Source: Candidatus Latescibacterota bacterium | GTDB lineage: Bacteria; Latescibacterota; UBA2968 | Reading direction: 5' to 3' | NCBI GenBank assembly: GCA_965204745.1 | Contig: OZ242010.1 | Location: 5,355,264-5,419,263 of the forward strand | DNA: 64,000 nt | In this document: one piece after another, positions 1 through 9,225 of the stretch | Layout of the letters: every line of letters starts with the position of its first letter | Position numbering within the stretch: position 1 is the stretch's first letter | The notes under the pieces: model-generated | What the model was told of the DNA's origin: nothing | The model's input: only the letters and a program-made list of their open reading frames with translations | Databases searched by the model: none | Program-made: the position numbers and the translations under genes

Positions 1-504
1 GTCGACGCCCTGTGGGACGCGGTGGCTGACGCACTAGACCAAGCCCTGTGCGCGTGCCGGACCATGCGCTTGGCAGAGGGCGAGAAGCTCGTCGGAGATT
101 TTCGAGAACGCATTGTCGTCATCGAGAACTTGCTCGCGCAGGTCGAGGCATTGGCGCCTAGGCGCGTCGAGGCGGTTCGCAAGCGGTTGGAAGAAAAAGT
201 GGCGCGCCTGACCAGGCCCGAACAGGTCGATGAAAACAGGTTGATGATGGAAATTGCCCTGTTGGCCGAACGCAGCGACATCACCGAAGAATGCGTGCGC
301 TTTCACAGCCACAACGCGCAATTTCTCGACATGCTCGACCGGGAAGAAGCGGTTGGGCGGCGGCTCAACTTTTTGTTGCAAGAAATGCTCAGAGAAGCCA
401 ACACAATGGGGTCCAAGGCCGGGGATGCGGACATCGCGCATGTGGTCGTCGCGATCAAAGAAGAGATCGAAAAACTCAAGGAACAGGTGCAAAATATTGA
501 ATGA
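1..504 (+). CDS. yicC: YicC-family stress-induced protein/endoribonuclease, C-terminal part (5' end lies upstream of the window)
   Basis: Frame is open from nt 1. C-terminus RRLNFLLQEMLREANTMGSKAGD...EEIEKLKEQVQNIE is the conserved YicC C-terminal (DUF1732) signature. yicC-gmk-rpoZ order is a common synteny. Confidence 0.85.
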   Translation, partial: VDALWDAVADALDQALCACRTMRLAEGEKLVGDFRERIVVIENLLAQVEALAPRRVEAVRKRLEEKVARLTRPEQVDENRLMMEIALLAERSDITEECVRFHSHNAQFLDMLDREEAVGRRLNFLLQEMLREANTMGSKAGDADIAHVVVAIKEEIEKLKEQVQNIE

Positions 505-1174
505 CCATGCCCGTACATTGCGCTGCAAATTGGCCGCTGATCCCGCTGCGTATGCCGCGATCGTCGCCGGGCCATCCGGCGTTGGGAAAACGTCGATGTG
601 CCAAGGGGTTTTGCGCGCGGATTCCGGGGTGCAACGGTGCGTGACGACCACGACTCGCCCGCAGCGCGCCGGCGAAATCAATGGGGTGTCGCGTCATTTT
701 GTGAGCGTGGCCGAGTTTGAGGCGATGAAAGCGCGGGGCGATTTTGTCGAATGCGCCGAGGTGTATGGGCATCATTACGGCGCGACATTTGACGCGGTCG
801 CAAGGGCCTTAGATGGCGGGCAGGTGATGTTGATGGATGTGGATGTGCAAGGCGTGGCAACTTGGCAAGCGGTGTTGAAAGACCGCTGCGTCACGGTATT
901 TGTGGTGCCGCCCTCTGTCGATGTGCTCGCAAAGCGATTGACCGCGCGGCAAACAGAAGGCGCGGTCGCATACCACAGGCGGATGGAAACCGCCAGGGTT
1001 GAACTTTCACAGGCAAAAAACAGCGATTATATTGTCGTCAATGACGTGTTGGAAAATGCCATCGCGGATTTGCAGGCCATTATCCGTGCGGAGAAGCAGC
1101 GTACGCAACGGGTCACTTTGAAAGGAGTGTGGGATGCCAAACGTGTTTTTCACAGAGGAATTGACCGAGGGTGA
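497..1174 (+). CDS. gmk: Guanylate kinase
   Basis: P-loop IVAGPSGVGKTS plus TTTRPQRAGEINGVSRHFVS and ECAEVYGHHYG motifs. No in-frame ATG after the yicC stop; candidate TTG starts at 497, 518 and 530, so the 5' end is uncertain. Confidence 0.85.
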   Translation: MNDHARTLRCKLAADPAAYAAIVAGPSGVGKTSMCQGVLRADSGVQRCVTTTTRPQRAGEINGVSRHFVSVAEFEAMKARGDFVECAEVYGHHYGATFDAVARALDGGQVMLMDVDVQGVATWQAVLKDRCVTVFVVPPSVDVLAKRLTARQTEGAVAYHRRMETARVELSQAKNSDYIVVNDVLENAIADLQAIIRAEKQRTQRVTLKGVWDAKRVFHRGIDRG

Positions 1175-1361
1175 GGACATGACCCCCTACGCGGCGGTGT
1201 TGTTGGCGTCGCGGGAGGCGCGCAGGCTCAACAAGGATCGCTTGCTCGCGGGCGTGCCCGAAGGCGAAGAGAAAATTACGACTATCGCGCTGAAGCGCGT
1301 TGTGGGCAAAAAAATTCAGGTGCGCCATGCTGGTGGGAAAGCGGATTCTTCTGGGCGTTAG
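1134..1361 (+). CDS. rpoZ: DNA-directed RNA polymerase omega subunit (probable)
   Basis: 75-aa ORF between gmk and coaBC. TPYAAVLLASREARRL resembles the conserved RpoZ helix. Matches gmk-rpoZ synteny. An alternative ATG at 1179 lies 5 nt after the gmk stop. Confidence 0.7.
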   Translation: MPNVFFTEELTEGEDMTPYAAVLLASREARRLNKDRLLAGVPEGEEKITTIALKRVVGKKIQVRHAGGKADSSGR

Positions 1362-2532
1362 TGGCGGCATTGCCGCGTACAAAAGCGTCTCCTTGTTGCG
1401 CTTGTTGCAAAAAGCAGGTGCCGAGGTTCGCGTGGTGATGACCCAGGCTGCACAGAGATTTGTGCAGCCTCTCACGTTTGAAGCCCTGTCGCGCCACCGG
1501 GTCTATGGGGATTTGTTTCCCGAATCCGGCGATCCAGAAGTGGTGCACGTTCAGTTGGGCAAGTGGGCGGATTGGGTCGTTGTCGCGCCTGCCACTGCGG
1601 ATTTCATCGGCAAAATGGCGCACGGCTTGGCAGACGATGTGTTGACCTGCGTGTTGTTGGCAACAGAGGCGCCGGTTTTGATCGCGCCGGCAATGGAATC
1701 GCAGATGTGGGAACACCGCGCGGTTCGGGACAATGTCCGCACGTTGCGAAATCGCGGTTGCGAAATGGTCGCGCCGGGGGCCGGGCCGCTCGCGTCCGGC
1801 GCGCAGGGCATCGGGCGCATGGCAGAACCGGAGGAGATCGCCGAAGTGGTCGGCGCGATGGCGGGGGCGGCGCAATCGCTCGTGGGACGCCGCGTTGTCG
1901 TGACCGCGGGCAGGACCGAGCAACCCATCGATCCGGTGCGCTTTATCACCAACCGATCCACGGGCAAGATGGGCTATGCCATAGCCGAACAGGCGAGGCG
2001 CCGGGGCGCTGCGGTCACGCTGATCAGCGGGCCGACGGAACTGACAGCCCCCACAGGCGTAAGCATGGTGTCGATTCGCACGGTCGCGGCATTAAAGGCC
2101 GCGACGATTCGCGCGTACCAAAACGCGGACGCGCTGATTATGACCGCGGCCGTGCTCGATTTTCGGCCCGAAGAGGTCGCCGAATCAAAGATCAAAAAAC
2201 GCGATGGCGGCCTTTCGCTTCGCCTGTTGCCCAACGAGGATTTTTTGATTCCCTTGGGCGAAACCAAGGGCGAGCGGGTCGTCATCGGGTTTGCCCTAGA
2301 AACGGACGACGCGCTGGCAAATGCCCGCAAAAAGCTCGACGAGAAGCATCTCGACTTGATCGTGTTGAACGAATTAAATGTGGAAGGCGCCGGGTTTGGG
2401 GTCGATACGAATGTCGTCACCTTGATCGCACCGCACCGCGACGCGGTCGCCTTGCCGTTGATGTCCAAGCGCGATGTGGCGGATCGGATTTTGGACTGGC
2501 TCGTTTCGCATTGGGAGAACGCCCATGGATAA
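1327..2532 (+). CDS. coaBC: Bifunctional phosphopantothenoylcysteine decarboxylase / phosphopantothenate-cysteine ligase
   Basis: N-terminal flavoprotein motif [16 protein letters not shown]-terminal CoaB-type region [16 protein letters not shown]...AAVLDFRP. Size about 400 aa. Confidence 0.92.
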   Translation: MLVGKRILLGVSGGIAAYKSVSLLRLLQKAGAEVRVVMTQAAQRFVQPLTFEALSRHRVYGDLFPESGDPEVVHVQLGKWADWVVVAPATADFIGKMAHGLADDVLTCVLLATEAPVLIAPAMESQMWEHRAVRDNVRTLRNRGCEMVAPGAGPLASGAQGIGRMAEPEEIAEVVGAMAGAAQSLVGRRVVVTAGRTEQPIDPVRFITNRSTGKMGYAIAEQARRRGAAVTLISGPTELTAPTGVSMVSIRTVAALKAATIRAYQNADALIMTAAVLDFRPEEVAESKIKKRDGGLSLRLLPNEDFLIPLGETKGERVVIGFALETDDALANARKKLDEKHLDLIVLNELNVEGAGFGVDTNVVTLIAPHRDAVALPLMSKRDVADRILDWLVSHWENAHG

Positions 2533-3187
2533 ATCTCCGGATATTTTGGAAACCCTGTCGCTCGCTCGCGATTTTTTGGCGCGGGAAATCCCCGGCCCGA
2601 TAGCGCGGGCAGGTGTGCAGGCGCAGGACGACGATCCCCTGGCCGCGTTGGGCGCCGAGGCGGGTGCGTGTCAAAAATGCGGCTTGGCCCAAACGCGGCT
2701 GTCGGTCGTGTTTGGCAATGGCCGTGCAGATGCGGACTTGGTGTTTGTCGGCGAGGCGCCCGGCGCGGAAGAAGACCGGCAAGGCGTGCCGTTTGTGGGC
2801 GCGGCCGGGCAATTGTTGACGCGCATGATCGAGGCGATAGGCCTGGCGCGGGAAGACGTGTACATCGCCAATATCGTCAAGTGCCGGCCCCCGAATAACC
2901 GGGATCCCAAGCCGGATGAAATCGCCGCGTGCCGGCCCTATTTGGAACGGCAACTCGAACTCATCGCGCCGGTCGCGATCTGCACTTTGGGCAGGTTTGC
3001 CGCGCAAACCCTGTTGCAGACGACCGAGACTATCGGCCGATTGCGCGGCCGGGTTTTCGACCGCTATGGCGCGAAGGTGGTGCCCACGTATCACCCGGCC
3101 GCGCTGTTGCGAAATCCGAGGTGGAAACGCCCGACTTGGGAAGATTTGAAACTCGTGCGAAAACTTTGCGATGGAACGGAACTTTGA
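2525..3187 (+). CDS. Uracil-DNA glycosylase, family 4 (Fe-S type)
   Basis: CQKCGL cysteine cluster, motif [19 protein letters not shown], motif [10 protein letters not shown]. The ATG overlaps the coaBC stop (ATGGATAA). Confidence 0.88.
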   Translation: MDKSPDILETLSLARDFLAREIPGPIARAGVQAQDDDPLAALGAEAGACQKCGLAQTRLSVVFGNGRADADLVFVGEAPGAEEDRQGVPFVGAAGQLLTRMIEAIGLAREDVYIANIVKCRPPNNRDPKPDEIAACRPYLERQLELIAPVAICTLGRFAAQTLLQTTETIGRLRGRVFDRYGAKVVPTYHPAALLRNPRWKRPTWEDLKLVRKLCDGTEL

Positions 3188-4563
3188 TGGCGTCCGCAAA
3201 TGCGACATCGAGCACTGTTGAACGCGCCTTGCCCCAAGCCGTGGAGGTGGAACGCGCGGTGTTGGGGGCGATGCTGATCGACAACATGGCGATCAACCGC
3301 GTCACCGAGGTCTTGGGCGATGAAACCGCGTTTTACCACACGCCGCACCGCAGGGTGTACGCGGCGATTCAAAAATTGTCCGAGCAGGGAGAGCCGGTCG
3401 ATCAAGTGACCCTGAGCCAGGCCCTGTCGCGGCGCGGGCAACTTGACGAGGTGGGCGGCCCGGTTTTCATCGCGGAATTGGCCGGGGACATGGCGACCGC
3501 GGCCAATGCGGAATACCACGCGCAAATCGTGTTGGAAAAGGCGCAGCGGCGGCGCTTGATCGACGCGGCCACACAGACCATTGCCGAGAGCTACGAGGAC
3601 GCCGAGAATGTGCGCGAGTTGATCGACCGCGCGGAGCAACGGGTTTTTCAAATTGCCGAGGGCGAATTGGGCAAAGGCGTGCTGCCCCTCTCGGCTGCGA
3701 TTACCGAGGCGTTCGTCGCTATCGAACGCGCCCACGAACACCCCGGCGCGCTGACCGGCGTGACCACGGGCTATACGGAATTGGACGAGATCACCGCGGG
3801 CTTGCAAGCGTCCGACATGATCATCTTGGCGTCTCGGCCGTCCATGGGCAAAACCGCGCTGACCCTGTGCATGGCGCGCAATGCCGCGATCAAGGGCAAT
3901 GTGCCGGTGCTGTACTTTTCGCTGGAAATGTCGACCGAGCAACTCGCGCAGCGGTTGTTGTGCGCCGAAGCGCGCGTGAGTTCCCACCGCTTGCGAACCG
4001 GCCGCCTGTCAGAGGAGGAGTGGCAACGCCTGTCCGAGTGGACGAGCAAGTTGATCGACGCGCCCCTGTACATCGACGACACGCCGGCGATTTCCGTGAT
4101 GGAATTGCGGGCAAAAGCGCGGCGCGCCAAATCCGAATACGATATCGGGTTGATCTTTGTCGATTATTTGCAGTTGATGACCGCGTCTGAAAATTTCGGC
4201 AACCGGGAACAGGAAATCGCCTATATTTCGCGGTCGCTCAAAGCCTTGGCCAAGGAATTGGACGTGCCGCTCGTGGCATGCGCGCAGTTGTCCCGCGCCG
4301 TGGAGAGCCGCACGGACAAGCGCCCGCAACTATCGGATCTGCGCGAGAGCGGTTCGCTAGAACAAGACGCGGACGTGGTGATGTTTCTCTTTCGGCCCGA
4401 GGTGTACGGCATTGTCGATGAAGAGGGCAGCACGCAAGAAGGCGTGGCCGAGATCATTTTGGGCAAGCAGCGCAGCGGCCCGATTGGCAATGTTTTTCTG
4501 TCTTTTGTCGCGGAGTCTCTCCGGTTTGAAGAACCCGAACTCTACCGAGAAGAATTTCCCTAA
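3187..4563 (+). CDS. dnaB: Replicative DNA helicase
   Basis: LPQAVEVERAVLGAMLID N-terminal DnaB motif, Walker A GSRPSMGKTALTL, IFVDYLQLM, SGSLEQDADVV. The ATG overlaps the UDG stop (TGATG). The longer track ORF from 2929 is an upstream extension. Confidence 0.95.
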   Translation: MASANATSSTVERALPQAVEVERAVLGAMLIDNMAINRVTEVLGDETAFYHTPHRRVYAAIQKLSEQGEPVDQVTLSQALSRRGQLDEVGGPVFIAELAGDMATAANAEYHAQIVLEKAQRRRLIDAATQTIAESYEDAENVRELIDRAEQRVFQIAEGELGKGVLPLSAAITEAFVAIERAHEHPGALTGVTTGYTELDEITAGLQASDMIILASRPSMGKTALTLCMARNAAIKGNVPVLYFSLEMSTEQLAQRLLCAEARVSSHRLRTGRLSEEEWQRLSEWTSKLIDAPLYIDDTPAISVMELRAKARRAKSEYDIGLIFVDYLQLMTASENFGNREQEIAYISRSLKALAKELDVPLVACAQLSRAVESRTDKRPQLSDLRESGSLEQDADVVMFLFRPEVYGIVDEEGSTQEGVAEIILGKQRSGPIGNVFLSFVAESLRFEEPELYREEFP

Positions 4564-4574
4564 AGGAATGGGCT

Positions 4575-5936
4575 ATGGGCAAAGTGCGCGTGCGGTACGT
4601 GTGTCAGGAATGCGGCGCAGACGCGAGGCGGTGGTTTGGTCGGTGCATAGCCTGCGGCGCGTGGAACTCGTGCGTTGAAGAAACGCCGATGCCAAAAACC
4701 ACGCGCCTGTCGGGCGATGTGGTCGCGGCAAATCCACCACAGCCGATTACGGAAGTGAAAGGCGGCAGCGAAGACCGCATCGAGACGGCTATCCGGGAAT
4801 TTGACCGCACCTTGGGCGGCGGCATCGTGCCCGGCATGGCCGCGCTCATCGGCGGGGATCCCGGCATCGGCAAATCCACCTTGCTCTTGCAGGGGGCGTC
4901 GCAACTCGCGTTTTCCGGCATGAAGGCGTTGTACGTCTCCGCAGAGGAATCGCCCCGCCAAACGCGGATGCGCGCCCAACGGGTCGGCGCGCTGTGCGAT
5001 GAGTTGTTCTTGATTTCCGAATCCAATCTCGATCTGATTTGCGCCCATATCGACGCCATGCAACCGGTTGCTGTCGTGGTCGATTCCGTGCAGACCATTT
5101 TCTCGCCGGCACTGCAAAGCGCGCCCGGCAGCGTGGCGCAGGTGCGCGAATCTTCGGCAAAGCTGGTCGCGCTGGGCAAACGCATGGGCACGGCGATTTT
5201 CCTGATCGGTCACGTCACCAAAGAAGGCACAGTGGCCGGGCCGCGCGTGCTCGAGCACATCGTGGATACGGTGCTGTACTTGGAGGGGGAACGACACGGC
5301 GCGTTTCGCATTTTGCGGGCCGCGAAAAACCGGTTTGGATCGACGAATGAGATCGGCATTTTTGAAATGCGCGATGAGGGGATGGTCGAAGTGGCGAATC
5401 CCTCGCAGGTGTTTTTGCCCGACCGAGACGCGGAACGCGAGGGCACGGCTATCGTTTGCACGGTCGAGGGCACGCGGCCCATTTTGGTCGAAGTTCAAGC
5501 CCTCGTCAGCCGCAGCAATTTCGGGTATCCACAGCGCGTTGCCACCGGGTTTGATGCGCGGCGCATGGCGATTTTGATCGCGGTGCTCGAGAAGCGGTCG
5601 GGCCTGCAACTGGGCGGCGAGGATATTTTTTTGAAGGTCGCGGGCGGGTTGCGCGTCAACGAACCGGCCGTGGATTTGGGCGTGGCCATGGCGATGGCGT
5701 CGAGTTTTCGCAACGCGCAGATGCCCCGGGATACGGTCGTGATCGGCGAGGTGGGCCTCGGCGGCGAAGTCCGCGCCGTGGGGCAAATCGAGCGCAGAAT
5801 GGCCGAGGCGCGCAAATTGGGCTTTACGCAGTGCGTTGCGGCCAAGGCGAATTTGAGCGGCGCGCGCATTCCCGATGGCCTGTCGCTGATCGGGGTTCAA
5901 GACGTGGATGCCGCGCAAGACGTGGTGTTTTCTTAG
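4575..5936 (+). CDS. radA: DNA repair protein RadA/Sms
   Basis: N-terminal zinc finger CQECGADARRWFGRCIACGAW, Walker A GGDPGIGKSTLLLQ, the RadA-specific KNRFG motif, and a Lon-like C-terminal domain. Confidence 0.95.
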   Translation: MGKVRVRYVCQECGADARRWFGRCIACGAWNSCVEETPMPKTTRLSGDVVAANPPQPITEVKGGSEDRIETAIREFDRTLGGGIVPGMAALIGGDPGIGKSTLLLQGASQLAFSGMKALYVSAEESPRQTRMRAQRVGALCDELFLISESNLDLICAHIDAMQPVAVVVDSVQTIFSPALQSAPGSVAQVRESSAKLVALGKRMGTAIFLIGHVTKEGTVAGPRVLEHIVDTVLYLEGERHGAFRILRAAKNRFGSTNEIGIFEMRDEGMVEVANPSQVFLPDRDAEREGTAIVCTVEGTRPILVEVQALVSRSNFGYPQRVATGFDARRMAILIAVLEKRSGLQLGGEDIFLKVAGGLRVNEPAVDLGVAMAMASSFRNAQMPRDTVVIGEVGLGGEVRAVGQIERRMAEARKLGFTQCVAAKANLSGARIPDGLSLIGVQDVDAAQDVVFS

Positions 5937-5960
5937 GCGATTATCAGACTGGAGAAAGGC

Positions 5961-6593
5961 ATGAGACAGATGAGGAGGCACGGGGGGGCGAACCCGAGCA
6001 GGCGCATGACGCCGAGAACGGCTTCCAAATTGCTCGCCCTGATGTTGCGGCACGCGCCCGATGAGTTTGGGCTGGAGGTCGATAGCCGAGGATTTGCCGA
6101 ACTCGACGCGGTTGTGCAGGCGTTTCAAGGCAAAGATTCGCAATTCACACTTGAAGATATCGAAAAAGTGGTTTATGATGGGGAGAAGGATCGGTTTGAA
6201 ATCGTGGATGATCGCATTCGCGCGCGGTACGGGCACAGTTTTTCTATCGATCTCGGCCTCGATCCATCAGAACCGCCCGAGTTTTTGTACAAGGGCGTGA
6301 ATGCCGCAGAGGTCGAGCACCTGTTGGCCGATGGCCTGGCGCCGGATAATCGCGCTTACGTGCATCTGTCGTTTGACGCAGAGGTGGCCGCGCAGTTGAG
6401 CGCGCGGCCCGGCCGCCGGGGGGCCGTCCTCAAGATCGCGGCTACCCGCGCACATGACGCAGGCGTGGCGTTTTACGATTGCGGCCCGACCATTTTGACC
6501 AAGCGCGTTCCCAGCGAATTTTTGGCGTTGGAACAGCCGCCAGCGCACGAAGAGATGACGTACGGCCGGCGGAGACGCTTCACGAGTCGGTAA
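5961..6593 (+). CDS. kptA: RNA 2'-phosphotransferase (Tpt1/KptA family)
   Basis: ASKLLALMLRHAPDEFGLEVDSRGFAELDAVV, RFEIVDDRIRARYGHS, LYKGV...GL..DNRAYVHLS. These are typical KptA blocks. GGAGA Shine-Dalgarno 5 nt upstream of the ATG. Confidence 0.8.
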   Translation: MRQMRRHGGANPSRRMTPRTASKLLALMLRHAPDEFGLEVDSRGFAELDAVVQAFQGKDSQFTLEDIEKVVYDGEKDRFEIVDDRIRARYGHSFSIDLGLDPSEPPEFLYKGVNAAEVEHLLADGLAPDNRAYVHLSFDAEVAAQLSARPGRRGAVLKIAATRAHDAGVAFYDCGPTILTKRVPSEFLALEQPPAHEEMTYGRRRRFTSR

Positions 6594-7534
6594 TGGGAAA
6601 GTCGCTAAGTACTCGCGTTATGACGAAAAATACAGTGTCTAAAATGGATAAATCACAGACAAAAATCATGCTCGACACGGCCGCAAAATTGGCGCGGGAC
6701 ACCTGCGCGGATATGATTTTGCTCGTGACCCACTCCGGCATCCCCCCCGCGGCTGTGCAGAAACTCAATACCATCTGTCGGGTCTTGGTCGCGACGCGAG
6801 ACGAACATTTCCCGTGCGACATCGAAAAGACCGGGGCGCAACGGTTGATTTGCGATTACGATGGCGCGCACTTCGAGCGCGTGCGGCAATGCGTCATCAA
6901 GGGCATGGACGAGGGGCATATTCGGCGCGGCGCGCGCTTGGTATGCCTGAGTCGCCTGCTGACCCCACACGGGGTTGACGCGCTGATGGTGCTGGATACG
7001 GATGTCGGGTTTGACGGGTACGACCCGGCCGATATTGCGGAACTATCTGGCGATTTGCCGGTGCGCGTGGTCAAAACCGTGCTCAATATCGCGCTCGACA
7101 TCGGGCGGGATGGGCGCGAAGGCGAACCGGTCGGCACGTTTTTCGTCATCGGGGATTCCGAGCGGGTGTTGCGCCATTCGCGGTCTATGACCTTTGATCC
7201 GTTTCGGGGATATTCCGACGAGGAAAAGGATATTTGCAATCCGGATATTCACGAAGGCGTCAAAGAAGTCGCGCTGATGGATGGGGCATTTGTCGTTCGG
7301 GACGATGGGGTTATCCTGTCGGGCGGGCGGTATATTTCCGCCAATGTGCAGGGCCTCGTTTTGCCCAAGGGCCTGGGCGCGCGCCATGTGGCTGCGGCAT
7401 CCATCACCAAGACCACCCATGCCATTGCCGTGGCCGTTTCCCAATCCACGGGGACGGTTCGCGCATTTAAGCGGGGCCAGATCGTTTTGCAACTCAATTC
7501 GGACCATCGGCACATCAGGCAAGATCGGCGATAA
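6593..7534 (+). CDS. Diadenylate cyclase (DAC/DisA_N) domain protein with a soluble ~150-aa N-terminal domain
   Basis: C-terminal half carries VGTFFVIGD, LMDGAFVVRDDG (DGA motif) and GLGARHVAAASIT (RH motif). No TM segments and no HhH domain. The ATG overlaps the kptA stop (TAATG). Confidence 0.75.
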   Translation: MGKSLSTRVMTKNTVSKMDKSQTKIMLDTAAKLARDTCADMILLVTHSGIPPAAVQKLNTICRVLVATRDEHFPCDIEKTGAQRLICDYDGAHFERVRQCVIKGMDEGHIRRGARLVCLSRLLTPHGVDALMVLDTDVGFDGYDPADIAELSGDLPVRVVKTVLNIALDIGRDGREGEPVGTFFVIGDSERVLRHSRSMTFDPFRGYSDEEKDICNPDIHEGVKEVALMDGAFVVRDDGVILSGGRYISANVQGLVLPKGLGARHVAAASITKTTHAIAVAVSQSTGTVRAFKRGQIVLQLNSDHRHIRQDRR

Positions 7535-7541
7535 AAGAGAA

Positions 7542-8810
7542 ATGTTCGGAAGACGCTGGATCGCGCCCCTGTCGACCGGGGCGGTTATGGCGGGCAGTTT
7601 TGTTGCGATGCTGGCATGGGGCGGGCGAGTGCCGGTTTTTTTTGTGCTCTTTGGCCTGGCGTCTGTGGCCTATTTGATTGCGGTTTGGCATTGCGACCGC
7701 ATGCCCTTGCCGGTGATCGCGGTCGCCGGCATCGCGTTTCGGGTGATTATGCTCTTTGCCACACCCGCGCTGTCCGATGATGTTTATCGCTATGCGTGGG
7801 ATGGGCGCGTGCAGTGGGCCGGCATCAATCCGTATTGGTTTGCACCGGCCGCGGCCGAGTTGGCGCATTTGCGAGACGCGCGGATTTATCCCCATATCAA
7901 TCACCCGGAACTGCCGACCATCTATCCGCCCGGCGCGCAAGTGGCGTTCTGGTTGGGATATGGCATGTCGGGGGGTATCGCGGGCATCAAGGCATTGCTC
8001 GCGGGCGCGGATTTGCTCGCGGGCTGGCTGTTGGTGCGGTTGCTCGGGCACTTCAATCAGCGAGCGCAATGGGTTTTGATCTATCTGTGGCATCCGCTGG
8101 TGGTGGTGGAGATCGCGGGAAACGGGCATCTCGAAGCCCTGGGCATCGCGGCGGTGTTGGGCGCGTTGTATTGCTTTTTTAAGGGCAGGGACTACATCGC
8201 ACTCGGCGCGCTGGGCGGGGGCGTTTTGGTGAAGTTCCTCCCCGTCGTTTTGTTGCCCGCGTTCGCGCGTTGGAAAGGATGGCGACCGCTAAATTGGCCC
8301 GCACTGCTCATCGCGTTAGGCGTGGTGTCGCTGGGTTATTTGCCGTTTGCCTGGGCGGGTGCGCCGGTTTTTGGCAGCTTGGGCGCGTACGCACAACACT
8401 GGTCGTTTAATAGCGCGGCATTCGATGTTCTCGTGTTGCTTTGCGGCGACGGGCAACTCGCGCGGGGCATCATCGCCGCGCTTTTTGTCGGGATCGCGCT
8501 GTGGCTCTCGTGGCGGCGCGTGTCCGCATTGCGCCATGCGTATCTGACTGCTGCGGCCTTTGTCCTGCTGACGCCTACGCTGCATGCGTGGTATGTGGTG
8601 TGGCTGATTCCATTTCTCGCGTTCTATCGGCATCCCGCGTTGATCGCGTTTTCCCTGCTGGTGGTTTTGTCCTACGATGTTCTGATTCCATATAAAGCCA
8701 CTGGCGTGTGGGAAGAAGCCCCGTGGGTGCAATGGGCCGAATTTGGCGGCGCAGCACTGGTGGGCGTCACGGCGTCGTTCTGCAAGCGAAAAGAGAAACG
8801 GAAATCTTGA
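7542..8810 (+). CDS. Polytopic membrane protein, DUF2029/GT87-like (GT-C type) glycosyl/mannosyltransferase
   Basis: Many hydrophobic segments. First loop DDVYRYAWDGRVQWAGINPY...TIYPPGAQ resembles the acidic loop of GT-C mannosyltransferases. The function call is tentative. Confidence 0.55.
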   Translation: MFGRRWIAPLSTGAVMAGSFVAMLAWGGRVPVFFVLFGLASVAYLIAVWHCDRMPLPVIAVAGIAFRVIMLFATPALSDDVYRYAWDGRVQWAGINPYWFAPAAAELAHLRDARIYPHINHPELPTIYPPGAQVAFWLGYGMSGGIAGIKALLAGADLLAGWLLVRLLGHFNQRAQWVLIYLWHPLVVVEIAGNGHLEALGIAAVLGALYCFFKGRDYIALGALGGGVLVKFLPVVLLPAFARWKGWRPLNWPALLIALGVVSLGYLPFAWAGAPVFGSLGAYAQHWSFNSAAFDVLVLLCGDGQLARGIIAALFVGIALWLSWRRVSALRHAYLTAAAFVLLTPTLHAWYVVWLIPFLAFYRHPALIAFSLLVVLSYDVLIPYKATGVWEEAPWVQWAEFGGAALVGVTASFCKRKEKRKS

Positions 8811-8925
8811 CGAAAATAGGGCGTTGTTTTTATTTTATTCAACTCGAAGGATTCCGCGATAGGCTGACCGCTACCCTCTTGTATCTTCAGGCGAACACGG
8901 GGACATCGCCCCTACACACTACTCG

Positions 8926-9138
8926 CCTTTGAACTGGCTGTCGCCAGTTGTACCCCGCTCGTGCTTTTTGTGGCTAATCGCCCCTTGTGGCTCACTTCAG
9001 GTAGGGTGGTCGGGCGGGGACTGACAACTGACAACTGACAACTGACAACTGCCTCTTGTGCCTTTGAACGGGCTATCGCCAGTTGTACCCCTTTTGTGTT
9101 TTTGTGCCTTTGAACTGGCTGTCGCCAGTTGTACCCCG
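8926..9138 (+). repeat. Three copies of a 32-nt hairpin module (CCTTTGAACTGGCTGTCGCCAGTTGTACCCCG) interleaved with TTGTGGCTA modules
   Basis: Copies at 8926-8957, 9061-9091 (degenerate) and 9107-9138. Each has a 7-bp stem AACTGGC/GCCAGTT with a 4-nt loop. Three inverted copies lie at 49591-49732. Confidence 0.9.
9011..9051 (-). repeat. Heptanucleotide tandem array (CTGACAA)x4.4 with CGGGCGGGGA flank (reverse orientation of the GTNGTCA family)
   Basis: Direct reading: cgggcgggga ctgacaa ctgacaa ctgacaa ctgacaa ctg. Confidence 0.95.
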
Positions 9139-9157
9139 CTTGTGGCTAAAATCCCAT

Positions 9158-9201
9158 CTCACGTCTCACGTCTCACGTCTTACGCTTTTCACGTCTCACG
9201 C
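9158..9201 (+). repeat. CTCACGT heptamer run (3 perfect + 3 degenerate units)
   Basis: Direct reading: ctcacgt ctcacgt ctcacgt cttacgc ttttcacgt ctcacgc. Confidence 0.85.
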
Positions 9202-9225
9202 TTTTGATCGAAAGGAGAAAAATAG

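Noticed and set aside
4560-6236. 558-aa minus-strand ORF
   Set aside because: Antisense to radA and kptA, both of which carry clear family motifs. Arg/His/Ala-rich shadow frame.
9011-9201. Possibility that the short tandem arrays are CRISPR arrays
   Set aside because: The period is 7 nt with no spacers. No cas genes are present in the window.
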